A stretch of 24,573 nt of DNA from Octopus sinensis (Eukaryota): positions 1 through 24,573 of the forward strand of contig NW_021836337.1 in assembly GCF_006345805.1 (NCBI RefSeq), in the 5' to 3' direction. This document shows, in pieces, positions 1 through 10,249 of the stretch. Position 1 is the stretch's first letter; every line of letters begins with the position of its first letter. Under the pieces are notes generated by a model. It saw nothing but the letters and a program-made list of their open reading frames with translations, searched no databases and had not been told where the DNA came from. The translations under genes and the position numbers were made by a program.

Positions 1-59
1 ATATTCCATGACACACATCTTTGCTAAAAAAAACTCAAACACGCAGATATATATTTGAC

Positions 60-339
60 CAGAATAACACACACCTACACACACACACACACACACACAC
101 ATATGCAATTATTTGCAGAAGTATTCTAAAAAAGCACAGCACTTTATACACACTAGTTCAGAAACTCTAGTTACATATATAGATTACACATACATATACA
201 TACACACATTCATTCACACATGTATATGTGTGTTTATATGTATGTATATATTTATAGTGATTTATATATGTGTAAATATGCATATGCATATGCATATATA
301 TATATATGTATATACTTATATATATATACGAATATTTAC

Positions 340-372
<33 letters not shown>

Positions 373-489
373 AAAAATTCCGGGTGAATACTTGATAACT
401 GTAAGTACATGTATATGCCAGCTAGTAGCATAGGTGAGAGGATATATTTATGTATATATATATGTATATATATATATATATGTATATAC

Positions 490-521
<32 letters not shown>

Positions 522-723
522 GTATGTATATACATATATGTATATACCTATATATATATAACCCAAGTTATACACAAATGACGTACACACACACTCGTTT
601 CTTTCTCTCTCTCTTTTTCAGTCCCTCTCACTCTCTCTCCCCCACACAAAGATTATATATACACAATATTCTTAACAAACGTATGAACGTATGCAGACAC
701 ATACACACACTCACATTCACCCA

Positions 724-754
<31 letters not shown>

Positions 755-860
755 TAATGCCCTCATGTATGCACTTTTACATTCAAACTTATAGATAGCA
801 TGTACGCGCACACACACTAGCACACACACAAACACACACACACACACAGACATATACGTG
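60..860. repeat. Compound (CA)n/(TA)n/(TATG)n microsatellite field
   Basis: Visible dinucleotide runs. ORFs 113..433, 167..373, 336..590, 434..757 and 653..886 are YI/HT/VC low-complexity artefacts. Confidence 0.95.
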
Positions 861-899
861 ACTGGATTAACCATGTCACAATACAATCACGTGCTTATA

Positions 900-1317
900 G
901 GATTAAGTATGGGCGGGGGTACCCTATAGAGTGTGTTTCCACTACCCGGTTTACCTCGGTACCAATCGCAAATGGCAACAGAGCTGTTTTCAAATTTAAT
1001 TAAATAAAAGTAAAAACGAACAGCTTACGAAAATTTACATTTGTTTCAAATGTTTTAATTGTAAATAAATAATTTAATTATATCGCTAACTGCTAATTAA
1101 TTTGAAATAATAAAATTATACTCCAAAAAAAAAAAACAGATTTTACTAAATATAATTGCAGGGGTCTGGCCTACGGTTTCGCTGGGAAGAAAGAAGTATT
1201 CCCAGTAAATATTCCAACGTTTAATGTTTTAATGGGTTTTCGAAAAATATCAGAGTAGAGGGGCTGGGACAATTACAGGGCTGTAATAGGGACATATCCC
1301 TGAGACTTAATCCACTG
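900..1317. mobile_element. Putative MITE / non-autonomous DNA transposon with imperfect terminal inverted repeats
   Basis: Left end is GGATTAAGT-N13-CCCTAT (900-927). The reverse complement of the right end (1286-1313) is also GGATTAAGT-N13-CCCTAT with the same spacing. AT-rich non-coding interior; no clear TSD seen. Confidence 0.45.
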
Positions 1318-1334
1318 TCAACTATACATGGACA

Positions 1335-1412
1335 TATAATATATATATATATAATTATATTTTAGTATTGTTATATTGAGTATGTTTGTAATATCCTTGT
1401 ATATAGATACTA

Positions 1413-1460
<48 letters not shown>

Positions 1461-1605
1461 TAACATATACAACTAGAAAATATACATTATACAGATATAT
1501 ATTGTATAAGTATATATATATATATATATATATATATGTGCGTATATGTTTGTGTATATATATATATATATATTACACACACACACATATAACACCACAC
1601 ACACA

Positions 1606-1643
<38 letters not shown>

Positions 1644-2007
1644 AATATGCATATCTATCAATCTATGTAGGTATATATGTGTATCAGCTCGCCAGCATTA
1701 CTCTTATAGCCACAATTGACCCCAAAGACCCAGTGCCAGAATGGAGAATCCGAAGTTTAAGTTCAAATCATTCCAGCACTACAACATTACTCTATACAAA
1801 ACAGTTTTAGCTCTCAACCTGTGACTGTAGACCATACATACATACATACATACATACATACATACATACATACATACATCATACATACATACATATCTAT
1901 ATCTATCTATCTACCTATCTATCTCTCTCTCTCTATATATATATATACACATATATATATGTATGTATATGTATATATATGTCTATATATATATATATAT
2001 ATACATT

Positions 2008-2057
<50 letters not shown>

Positions 2058-2339
2058 TGTGTATAATATGTATATATTAATATATATATATATATATTAT
2101 ATATGTCTCTCTCTCTCTCTATATATATATGTATAGTATGTCTATATTTATATATATATATTTATATTTTTTAATCTTGTTTCAGCTCAGAGCTGCGGCC
2201 ATGCTGATGCACCGCCGTTTTGTGCTACACTATATGTATATGTATATTATATATATTTGTATGTATATGTATATGTATGTATATGCATGTATATATATAT
2301 GTATATATATGTATATGCCTTTTATATATATATATAATA

Positions 2340-2372
<33 letters not shown>

Positions 2373-2527
2373 AATAAATATATGTATACATACATACATA
2401 CATACATATATAATATATATAATATGTATACATACATACATAAATTATATATATATATATAATAATGTATACATACATACATAAATATGTTATATATATA
2501 TATATTTATGTATACATATATACATAA

Positions 2528-2577
<50 letters not shown>
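1335..2577. repeat. (TA)n, (CATA)n, (CT)n microsatellite field with a short unique island (~1685-1830)
   Basis: Visible repeats; the overlapping ORFs are YI-repeat artefacts. Confidence 0.95.
2173..2221 (-). mobile_element. Very short 3' stub of a SINE/LINE tail
   Basis: Minus strand reads GGCGGTGCATCAGCATGGCCGCAGCTCTGAGCTGAAACAAGATTAAAAAA, a variant of the tail GGCGGTGCTCCAGCATGGCC...CTGAAACAAG of the full SINEs here. 25 bp (2179-2203) are identical to 16418-16442. Confidence 0.75.
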
Positions 2578-2579
<2 letters not shown>

Positions 2580-2584
2580 CATAT

Positions 2585-2814
2585 TCTTTTTTCAGTTATT
2601 CTGTTACTTGTTCCAGTGATCTGATTGCGGCCATGGTGGGGCAGTGCTTTTAGTCGCACAAATCGATCTCAAGACTTATTCTTTGTAAGCCTAGTACTTA
2701 TTGTATAGGTCCATTTTGTCGAACCACTATGTAACGGTGATGTAAATGCCCCAGCATCGGTTGTCTAGTGACGAGGGTGTGGAGTAGACACCAAAGACAA
2801 GACTCACAAACTTA

Positions 2815-2901
<87 letters not shown>

Positions 2902-3087
2902 CATGTACACACATATACATATATATATACGACGGGCTTCTTCCGTTTCCGTCTACCAAATGAAAACACAAGGCTTTGCTGGAACCGAGGTTATAGCAGC
3001 AGACACTAGCCCAAGTTGCCACGCCAGTGGCAGTGAACCCGGACCATGTGATCGGAAACATGCTTCTTAATATACAGGCACGCTGCA
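2585..3087 (-). mobile_element. tRNA-derived CORE-type SINE (octopus OR2-like), diverged, with internal (TA)n
   Basis: Reverse complement aligns by eye with the copies at 3809 and 20722 (e.g. TTCCGTCTACCAAAT, TTATTCTTTGTAAGCCTAGTACTTATT). Internal (TA)n at ~2813-2930. Confidence 0.85.
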
Positions 3088-3097
3088 TCCTCTCTCT

Positions 3098-3098
3098 A

Positions 3099-3149
<51 letters not shown>

Positions 3150-3281
3150 CTACATACTTGTCTCTATCTCTATATATATACATTTATATATATACATATA
3201 TATACATATATCCACACACTCACATACAAACGCCCGCCCGCACACACACGTACACATACACACACACATACACTCACACAC

Positions 3282-3312
<31 letters not shown>

Positions 3313-3723
3313 CCTGTTCTTACATACACATATGAATCGAGCACTCTTGGAGGGGAATTCTACCTTAGATAATGATTCTGCTAGAAAGAGCAGCCACATA
3401 TCTTTTTCAAAACACACTACCATGTTTTAAAGAGGTACTAGCTGGATAATCTAATCATAGGACCACTGAACCCAGAAACAAATATAAAGAAAACACTGCG
3501 AGATGGCCACGGCTGGAATAGCTTTTCATCATATGTCTGCGCACTGGAGACTGGGGGTTAAACTGGGACTCAAAACAACTTTAGAAAACCACCAGATGGA
3601 TGAGGGCCATCACATTATATTCCCACGAAACTAATAACATGCGCACACGCGCACGCACACACACAGTGTATACATACATATATGCATGTATCTATATCTG
3701 TCTATATGTGTGCGTGTGTGTGA

Positions 3724-3803
<80 letters not shown>

Positions 3804-3805
3804 CA
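3098..3805. repeat. (TA)n/(CA)n microsatellites surrounding a SINE-like remnant
   Basis: Visible repeats at 3098-3330 and 3640-3805. Confidence 0.9.
3335..3585 (+). mobile_element. Decayed 3' part of an interspersed repeat (probable SINE), same family as 6030-6245
   Basis: Shares colinear blocks with 6030-6245: CTGCT(A)GAAA, TTTAAA(G)AGGTAC, and GATGG(C/T)CACGGCTGGAA (3502-3518 vs 6161-6177, 16/17 identical). Confidence 0.65.
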
Positions 3806-3808
3806 TGT

Positions 3809-4209
3809 GGCGCAGGAGTGGCTGTGTGGTAAGTAGCTTGCTAACTAACCACATGGTTCCGGGTTCAGTCCCACTGCGTGGCATCTTGGGCAAGTGTCTT
3901 CTGCTATAACCCCGGGCCGACCAATGCCTTGTGAGTGGATTTGGTAGACGGAAACTGAAAGAAGCCTGTCGTATATATGTATATATATGTGTGTGTGTTT
4001 GTGTGTCTGTGTTTTCCCCCTAGCATTGCTTGACAACCAATGCTGGTGTGTTTACGTCCCCGTCAGTTAGCGGTTCGGCAAAAGAGACCGATAGAATAAG
4101 TACTGTGCTTACAAAGAATAAATCCCGGGATCGATTTGCTCGACTAAAGGCGGTGCTCCAGCATGGCCACAGTTAAATGACTGAAACAAGTAAAAAGAGT
4201 AAAAAAAAG
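3809..4209 (+). mobile_element. tRNA-derived CORE-type SINE (octopus OR2-like), full length
   Basis: Pol III A-box-like TGGCTGTGTGG, B-box-like GGTTCAGTCCC, CORE-like CTTGGGCAAGT, internal (TA)/(TG) tract, A-rich tail. Colinear with the copies at 4424, 20722, 2585(-) and 23815(-). Family name is from recall. Confidence 0.92.
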
Positions 4210-4321
4210 ATATATATATATATATACATATATATACACATATTATATATTATATATAGGGAGAGTTTACGAAAAAATATATATAATATATATATTTATA
4301 GATATGAATATATATATATAC

Positions 4322-4376
<55 letters not shown>

Positions 4377-4423
4377 TATAATATATATATATATTATATA
4401 TATATTATATATATATATATATA

Positions 4424-4569
4424 GGTGCAGGCGTGGGTGTGGTAAGATGCTTGCTTCCCAACCATATGGATCCGGGGGTTCAGTTCCACTGCATGGCACC
4501 TTGGCAAGTGTCATCTGTTGCAGCCACATTCTGAATGGATTTGGTAGACGGAAACTGAAAGAATCCCGT

Positions 4570-4643
<74 letters not shown>

Positions 4644-4850
4644 GTATGTGTGTGTGTTTGGTGTGTGTGTGTGTGTTTGTGTCTCCCCCCCCACCCCCAC
4701 AATCGGCTGACAAGCGGCGTTTCGGCAAAAGTCACCGATAGCATGTGTGCTAATCTTACAAACAATAATGCCGATTTGGTCGACTAAAGGCAGTGCTCCA
4801 GCATGGCCCCAGCCAAATGACTGAAACAAATGAAGGAAAAATGCAAAAGA
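4424..4850 (+). mobile_element. tRNA-derived CORE-type SINE (OR2-like), with long internal (TA)n(TG)n and a deletion in the 3' half
   Basis: Same head (GGTTCAGTTCCACTGC), GGATTTGGTAGACGGAAACTGAAAGAA block and tail (CGACTAAAGGCAGTGCTCCAGCATGGCC) as the 3809 copy. Confidence 0.9.
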
Positions 4851-5104
4851 ATATATATTTATACGTATACACACACACACATACATACACACATATATAT
4901 ATAAATGAATATTTAGTTTGGTAAGTGAAGGCACACGAAACTCTCGTCTCTTGAGTCACGTTGTAGCTTCTGCCACATAATATCCAAATGCGTACGTGCG
5001 TATATGTGTGTGTGTGTGTGTGTGTGTGCATAAGAAATTACACGTGAACCATACACACCAGTTACACATAACAAGCATAAACGCTGCATAATACAGACAC
5101 ATGC

Positions 5105-5145
<41 letters not shown>

Positions 5146-5465
5146 ACACGCGCACACACCGAGCGCGCGCGCGCGCACAAAAAAACATGCACAAACAAAT
5201 ATACACACAAAACTGACGCATACATACAAACATATACAGTATCCCCTTCAACACAGACCAACAGACACACACACACACACGCAGTAGATAAATACATTCA
5301 CAAACACACACATGCCTATACATATGACACACACATTCAACGACCACACGTACACAACACTCATAGACATACTGTGCCAACACATGCATGTCACACTAAC
5401 AAATATAACACACACAAAACACACACACACACACATACACACACACATACACACACACACACACA
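4850..5465. repeat. (CA)n/(TG)n-rich microsatellite field
   Basis: Visible; produces HT/VC artefact ORFs. Confidence 0.9.
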
Positions 5466-5523
5466 TCGAACTAACCACGTGCAAATTTTCGTTCGCTTTA
5501 ATCTGTTGTTTGTTAAACTTTCG

Positions 5524-5554
5524 CACACCACCACCCCTACAACTGTCTCCCGAG

Positions 5555-5605
<51 letters not shown>

Positions 5606-6019
5606 TTACTAGTACAACCACCACCACTACCATCACTACTTATGCTGCTAGTACCACTACAACCACCACTACTACTACTACTACAACTGCTACCACCACC
5701 ACCCCTTCCATCACCATTTATGCTGCTGCTACTACTACTACTACCACCGCCACCACTATTACTACAAGCACTACCATTACCCAAGCTACAATTACTACCA
5801 CCACCACCACCACCCCTACCATCACCACTCATGCTACTACTACCGCTACAACTACTACCACCACCACCTTTAGTACTACTACTATTACCACTACTACTAC
5901 TACTACCACCATCTTTACTACTACTACTACTACTACTACAACCACCAACTCTATTACTACTACTAGTACTATTACTGCTACTACTACAACTACTACTACC
6001 ATCACCACCACCACCACCA
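5524..6019. repeat. Cryptic trinucleotide array (ACT/ACC/GCT)n, ~500 bp
   Basis: Uninterrupted 3-bp periodicity giving poly-T, poly-L/P, poly-S/G and poly-V frames. Confidence 0.95.
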
Positions 6020-6029
6020 GAGCTGTTAC

Positions 6030-6245
6030 GAACAAATCATGCATTTTGCTTGTGTGGTTGACCTGCTGAAATAATAGTCAAATTTATCACAATCACATCT
6101 TTCTCTTTAAAAGGTACAGTGAGTTCAGAGACATTGTTTCTGGGAGGAAAAAGAACGAGAGATGGTCACGGCTGGAAAAAACATTTTAGCACAGGACTGC
6201 CTGACCTGAGATGACCTGTGGCTAAGCAGCCACAACGACAGCAAT
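6030..6245 (+). mobile_element. Decayed 3' part of an interspersed repeat (probable SINE) ending in a degenerate (AAC)n-like tail
   Basis: Blocks shared with 3335-3585; ends GGCTAAGCAGCCACAACGACAGCAA. Confidence 0.6.
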
Positions 6246-6249
6246 AGAA

Positions 6250-7227
6250 GCAACCTCGTATGACGAGTCCATATTTTCCCGTACGGAACATAGGATCGAT
6301 TTCTTGTTTACTATGGTGTATATATATTCCTTCTGGGACGGGACCTCGGTCCATCTCAAGGTTACTCATTTTTACTGGAGTTAAGTGAAATGAAGAACCC
6401 CACACATCCTGGTTACCTCGACCGCCAGGTGCGTCTCAGGAGGTGCTTCTCTCTATAACTCCACCGGTTTACAAGCGATTGTTCAAAGTAGGGCCATTTA
6501 CACGAGCTACCCTCGCCACATTCACTCACCTTTCAACAAATATACTAGTGGTGGTGCTGGTGGTGGGGGTGCAATACTTCCCTGTCCACCCTCACTTTCC
6601 TTTTCAAGTGGAACTTGAAAAAGTCGATGAGGGCTCGGCCGAAGTGGAAAGTATCTCAGTCCTTTCAATATCATCCAACACACTACATCGTTCGCCATAG
6701 ACACCAGACAGAAGAATACTGCCTTTCCTTCCCGGGCACAAACAGGCGCCAGGTCGACCTTCACAATGGACTCAGCTGATATCCAGATCCCTCCCACACG
6801 CACCCCTGCAGATGCGTGTAAGAGGGATCTCTTCAACAAAGCTCCACAGGTCAGTAATACCCGAACACTAGCCGAGTGCATGCAGGATGGTTTTGTCGCC
6901 CAGTGCACATCTCGGACCTGTGCAAACCATCTGCCAGCACTTCCCGTGTCTGTAGAGCTTGTGTCGAACCAGCAGAGCCCCCCGGTCGCACTGTCAGACA
7001 GGGGAATTCTGAAAGTTATCCATAAGCCCTGGCTCGAAAGACCAGATAATTGATCCCCCAGACGCCGAGAGTTTCCCCGGGGGACGTCGTTGCCCGTCAC
7101 TAACCCCTATATAGCCGCATAGCGGAACTTCCACCAACCCCATTGACTAACCTGCGGAAAGCTGTGAGGACTTGACGACACTCCAGGTGCCAGGCGCTCT
7201 TTCTTGGTCTACGCTTGATCCAGGACT
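6250..7227 (-). mobile_element. Tx1/L1-clade LINE, copy B: 5'-truncated ORF2 C-terminus plus 3' UTR (pseudogenised)
   Basis: Minus-strand frames give QSWIKRRPRKSAWHLECRQVLTAFRRL (homologous to copy A), GALLVRHKLYRHG..GPRCALGDKTILHAL.*C..ITDLWSFVE (C-terminal Cys-rich region), AVFFCLVSMA, FFKFHLKRKVRVDRE and FVER*VNVARVARVNGPTLNNRL* ending ~6457. Confidence 0.85.
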
Positions 7228-7236
7228 GATAATAAT

Positions 7237-7690
7237 TGAAGAAACCATACTCTAACATATGTGAAAACTCACAGTTAGAGGAATCAAGGCTAATGTACCT
7301 GATATAGCTGTCAGAGATCATAAAAAAAGAATGCTTTTTATTGATGTAGCAGTCCCAACAGATGACAATGTATCCCTAAAAGAAACGGAGAAACTCTTAA
7401 AATACGAACATCTGGAAATAGAGATAACCCGAATGTAGAGTCTAAAGACTTATAATAAAAGGTGTATAAGATATAATTAAAAACATAACCAAAACACCAG
7501 GACTCATACATATATATAACATACAGTAAATAGCACTACTAGGCAGCGAACACATCCAAAGTAAAGAACTTTTAGTACAGTAACGATAACAACACCAAAT
7601 CTAACCACAGCTGATACCTAAGGCACACAAAGCTGCGCTCGCTAGCGCAGTGAAAGCACGTGATAAAATAAGAACTGAATAATAATAAAA
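7237..7690 (+). mobile_element. R4/Dong-type non-LTR retrotransposon 3' fragment (restriction-like endonuclease region plus 3' UTR)
   Basis: IKANVPDIAVRDHKKRMLFIDVAVPTDDNVSLKETEKLLKYEHLEIEITRM matches the PD...D..P.D....KE.EK..KY..L RLE pattern. Ends in AATAATAATAAAA and is preceded by ATAATAAT. Confidence 0.88.
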
Positions 7691-9022
7691 ATGGTGTGTC
7701 ATCCAATATAGATGACAAGTATCTCCACCGTACTGAATCTTTAAAAGAGTTGACGAAACCATTGGCCACAAGATGAAAAAATGCCCTCAACTTACTCTAA
7801 ACCAATATAAGCTTAGTGAAACGTTAAGGTAGAGGAAGTGCCACATTGTATAATGTGTAATATGAGGGAGGAGTGGTCTAGAGAGTTGCAAGACGTGGTA
7901 TAAGCACAAATCACAGTGACTGATGGAGTCGAAGACTTGCAATATCTTGTGATATTTCCGATTCCAAACGGACCAGGTGCTTGCGCACAACAAGCTCAAA
8001 CCAGTAGTGTCCTCCGGTAGCACTGTCAGGCCAAGGACATCTGGAAATTATCTATAATAGTTCCCGACGGGAAAGTCCTCCGGAACAGACTAGCCAGTTC
8101 GTTCTCTTCGGCACCCAGATTCTCTCCGAGAGCGTCGTCGCTCTTCTTCGCTACTAACCCTCTATAAATTTCTAAAGCGGAACAGCCACCGATCCCATTG
8201 CCCAACTGGTAGATGGCTGTGAACACCTGACGACATTTTAGGTGCCAGGCACCCAGTCTCGGTATTCTCTTCACCCACGACTGCAACTCCGTCAAGGAGA
8301 CGATCTGCGGAAAGACGAGCCTCACAAACGGAGCTCACACGCTCACCGTTCAGAAATCGTTTCAGATTGCGTATTCTAAGAGCGTGTCTGCGCATAAGAA
8401 GCCACAGCATACCTAATCTGCTACTCAGAGGATGCTGGCAACAGATTGACTGCCAGACCACTGGAACGCATCCCTTCCACAAGAATATAAATAAGAGATG
8501 CTCCAACATGGTCAAGCAGTAACCAGGAAAAGGGACGACGGTCAGGCAATAAAAGATAACACAGGTAAGGTAAACATTCGTTAACTCTGCCCGGCCTTTC
8601 AGGGACAACATTCTTTCAGCCTTTTTCTGTGTAAGACCGGCCAGCCAGTTCGTCACTCCGTCCCAGTTCTTATCAACTTGGAGGTCGGGACCAAATCAGA
8701 CCTCGAGTACTTTAACTGGTCCGCCGCTCCAGCGTCCGATGGCATCGTCCTGCCTCTCCAGGAGCCTAACCGCAAACCAACCGATTTGTCGGTGCTGATT
8801 TTATCCCCTGCAACCAACTGATATTCCTCTAGAATGGTGCTGACCGGCTCCGACATCATGACGGTGACATCGTCCTCGTAGGCTGACGCTGCTCTTCCTT
8901 GTCTCATGTTTGAAATGGATGCTCCTTAACTGTCCCAACTTCCGCAAAAGTGACTTGAGTGCCAATACGTATAGAAAAGGCGACCGAGAGTGTAATGTGA
9001 AACGGCTCTGATAGGTGGCCAG
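7690..9022 (-). mobile_element. Tx1/L1-clade LINE, copy A: reverse transcriptase and post-RT region (pseudogenised)
   Basis: TGHLSEPF, SPFLYVLALKSLLRKL, SAYEDDVTV (YADD-like, 8869-8880), GDKISTDKSVGLRLGSW, LSLKGRAEL, FIFLWKG, RRHALR and DNFQMSLA*QCYR. The 7690-7990 part is only weakly alignable to the C-terminus. Confidence 0.9.
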
Positions 9023-9023
9023 T

Positions 9024-9248
9024 AATAATAAACGATTCTGTTAAAGGCGCTATGCCTAAAATTGTGGGGGAGGGGGCTAGTCGATTACAACGATCCCAAT
9101 GTTTCACTGATACTTATTTTCTTGACCCCGAAAGGACGAAAAGGCAAAGTCAACCTCGGCGGAATTTGAACTCAGAACGTAGCGACGGGCGAAATCCCGC
9201 TAAGCATTTCAGCTGGTGTGCTAACGATTTTGCCACCTCGCCGCTTTA
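9024..9248 (-). mobile_element. tRNA-derived SINE of a second family (octopus OR1-like) with (ATT)n tail
   Basis: Minus strand head AAAGCGGCGAGGTGGCAAAATCGTTAGC (A box-like) and GAGTTCAAATTCCGCC (B box), body TTTCGGGGTCAAGAAAATAAGTATCAG, tail GAATCGTTTATTATT. Family name is from recall. Confidence 0.85.
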
Positions 9249-9261
9249 AAATTTGCTCCAT

Positions 9262-9310
<49 letters not shown>

Positions 9311-9358
9311 CAACAACATCAAAAACAACCACAACAACAACAATAATAATTATAATAA
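9262..9358. repeat. (AAT)n/(AAC)n compound microsatellite
   Basis: Visible. Confidence 0.97.
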
Positions 9359-9359
9359 T

Positions 9360-9991
9360 TCTTTTTTTCTTTATTGGTTGCAACAATAGCAAAGGTCAAT
9401 ATAAAGACAACATGGATCTATATAAACACATATAAACATAAAAAAAAGACGAAAAAGAAAATCTTAACAAAATTTCGCTTTGTGCCCCATCCAAGGGCAC
9501 CGAGGGTACCTTGACAATCCCTAGTCAACCAAATCACTTGTAGTGTTCTTACCGCATCCGGAATTTTCAGTTTTTAGGCTTATGCTTAAAGGAGTTACAT
9601 TCACTCGTGCTTCTCTCTGTACATTTGCCAACAATTTAGAGGGGCTGCGATCACCCCACCACCCACCATTATTCACCATTCCATTTGAAGTGGAAGCATT
9701 CAATAAGCGCTAGTCCGTAAAGGAAAATGTCTGTGCCCAGGCCTTCCACCAACAAACCCTTTCACTATAAGCGTCAGACAGAAGGCAGCTGCTTGCTCTT
9801 TCTAGTCGAAGTACGGCATTGAGAGGAGGAGTCAGGCTGAATACTTTCCTGGTTCGTGTGTTTTGCTTTTGTTGTTGTGGGTTGCGTTGTGGATTCGCAT
9901 GTCATGCTGTTACTACAATTTTGGTGCAGGTGCCACTTCTGTTCCCCCTGTTCTCTTCACAACTGCTGTTACTGATGTTGCCTCTGATCCT

Positions 9992-10029
<38 letters not shown>

Positions 10030-10218
10030 AAGCAACAAAACGGGTAAGGTTGATTAGATGATGGCCTAGATCTTAGGAGCGGGAGACCCCAGACCTTGGA
10101 AAAAAAAAATTTGACCGTCTTGTTGTAGTCGAGGGCTCTTCGTTGACGCCCGACACCACTGGGAGGTGTCCCTCGAATTCGCTGGAAATGGAGATCTCCA
10201 GGTCCATATTCTTAAACG

Positions 10219-10249
<31 letters not shown>

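Noticed and set aside
1685-1830. Unique island translating [26 protein letters not shown] as a possible exon
   Set aside because: No recognisable family, no polypyrimidine tract at the acceptor, no strong donor.
3809-3890. tRNA-gene-like A/B boxes (also at 9170-9248, 20722 and 23275)
   Set aside because: No complete cloverleaf, and each continues into a SINE body; these are SINE heads, not tRNA genes.
113-5389. Many 60-210 aa ORFs on both strands (also at 15047-15920, 21577-22125 and 23824-24566)
   Set aside because: They translate (TA)n, (CA)n and (TG)n tracts ([12 protein letters not shown]); stop-free only because of repeat periodicity.
5101-6069. 322-aa His/Thr-rich ORF resembling a mucin
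   Set aside because: Several frames on both strands are open across the triplet array, the start lies in a (CA)n tract, and no convincing splice signals were seen.
6443-7053. Plus-strand ORFs 6443..6700 and 6766..7053
   Set aside because: Antisense to the Tx1-like ORF2 remnant, with no independent similarity.
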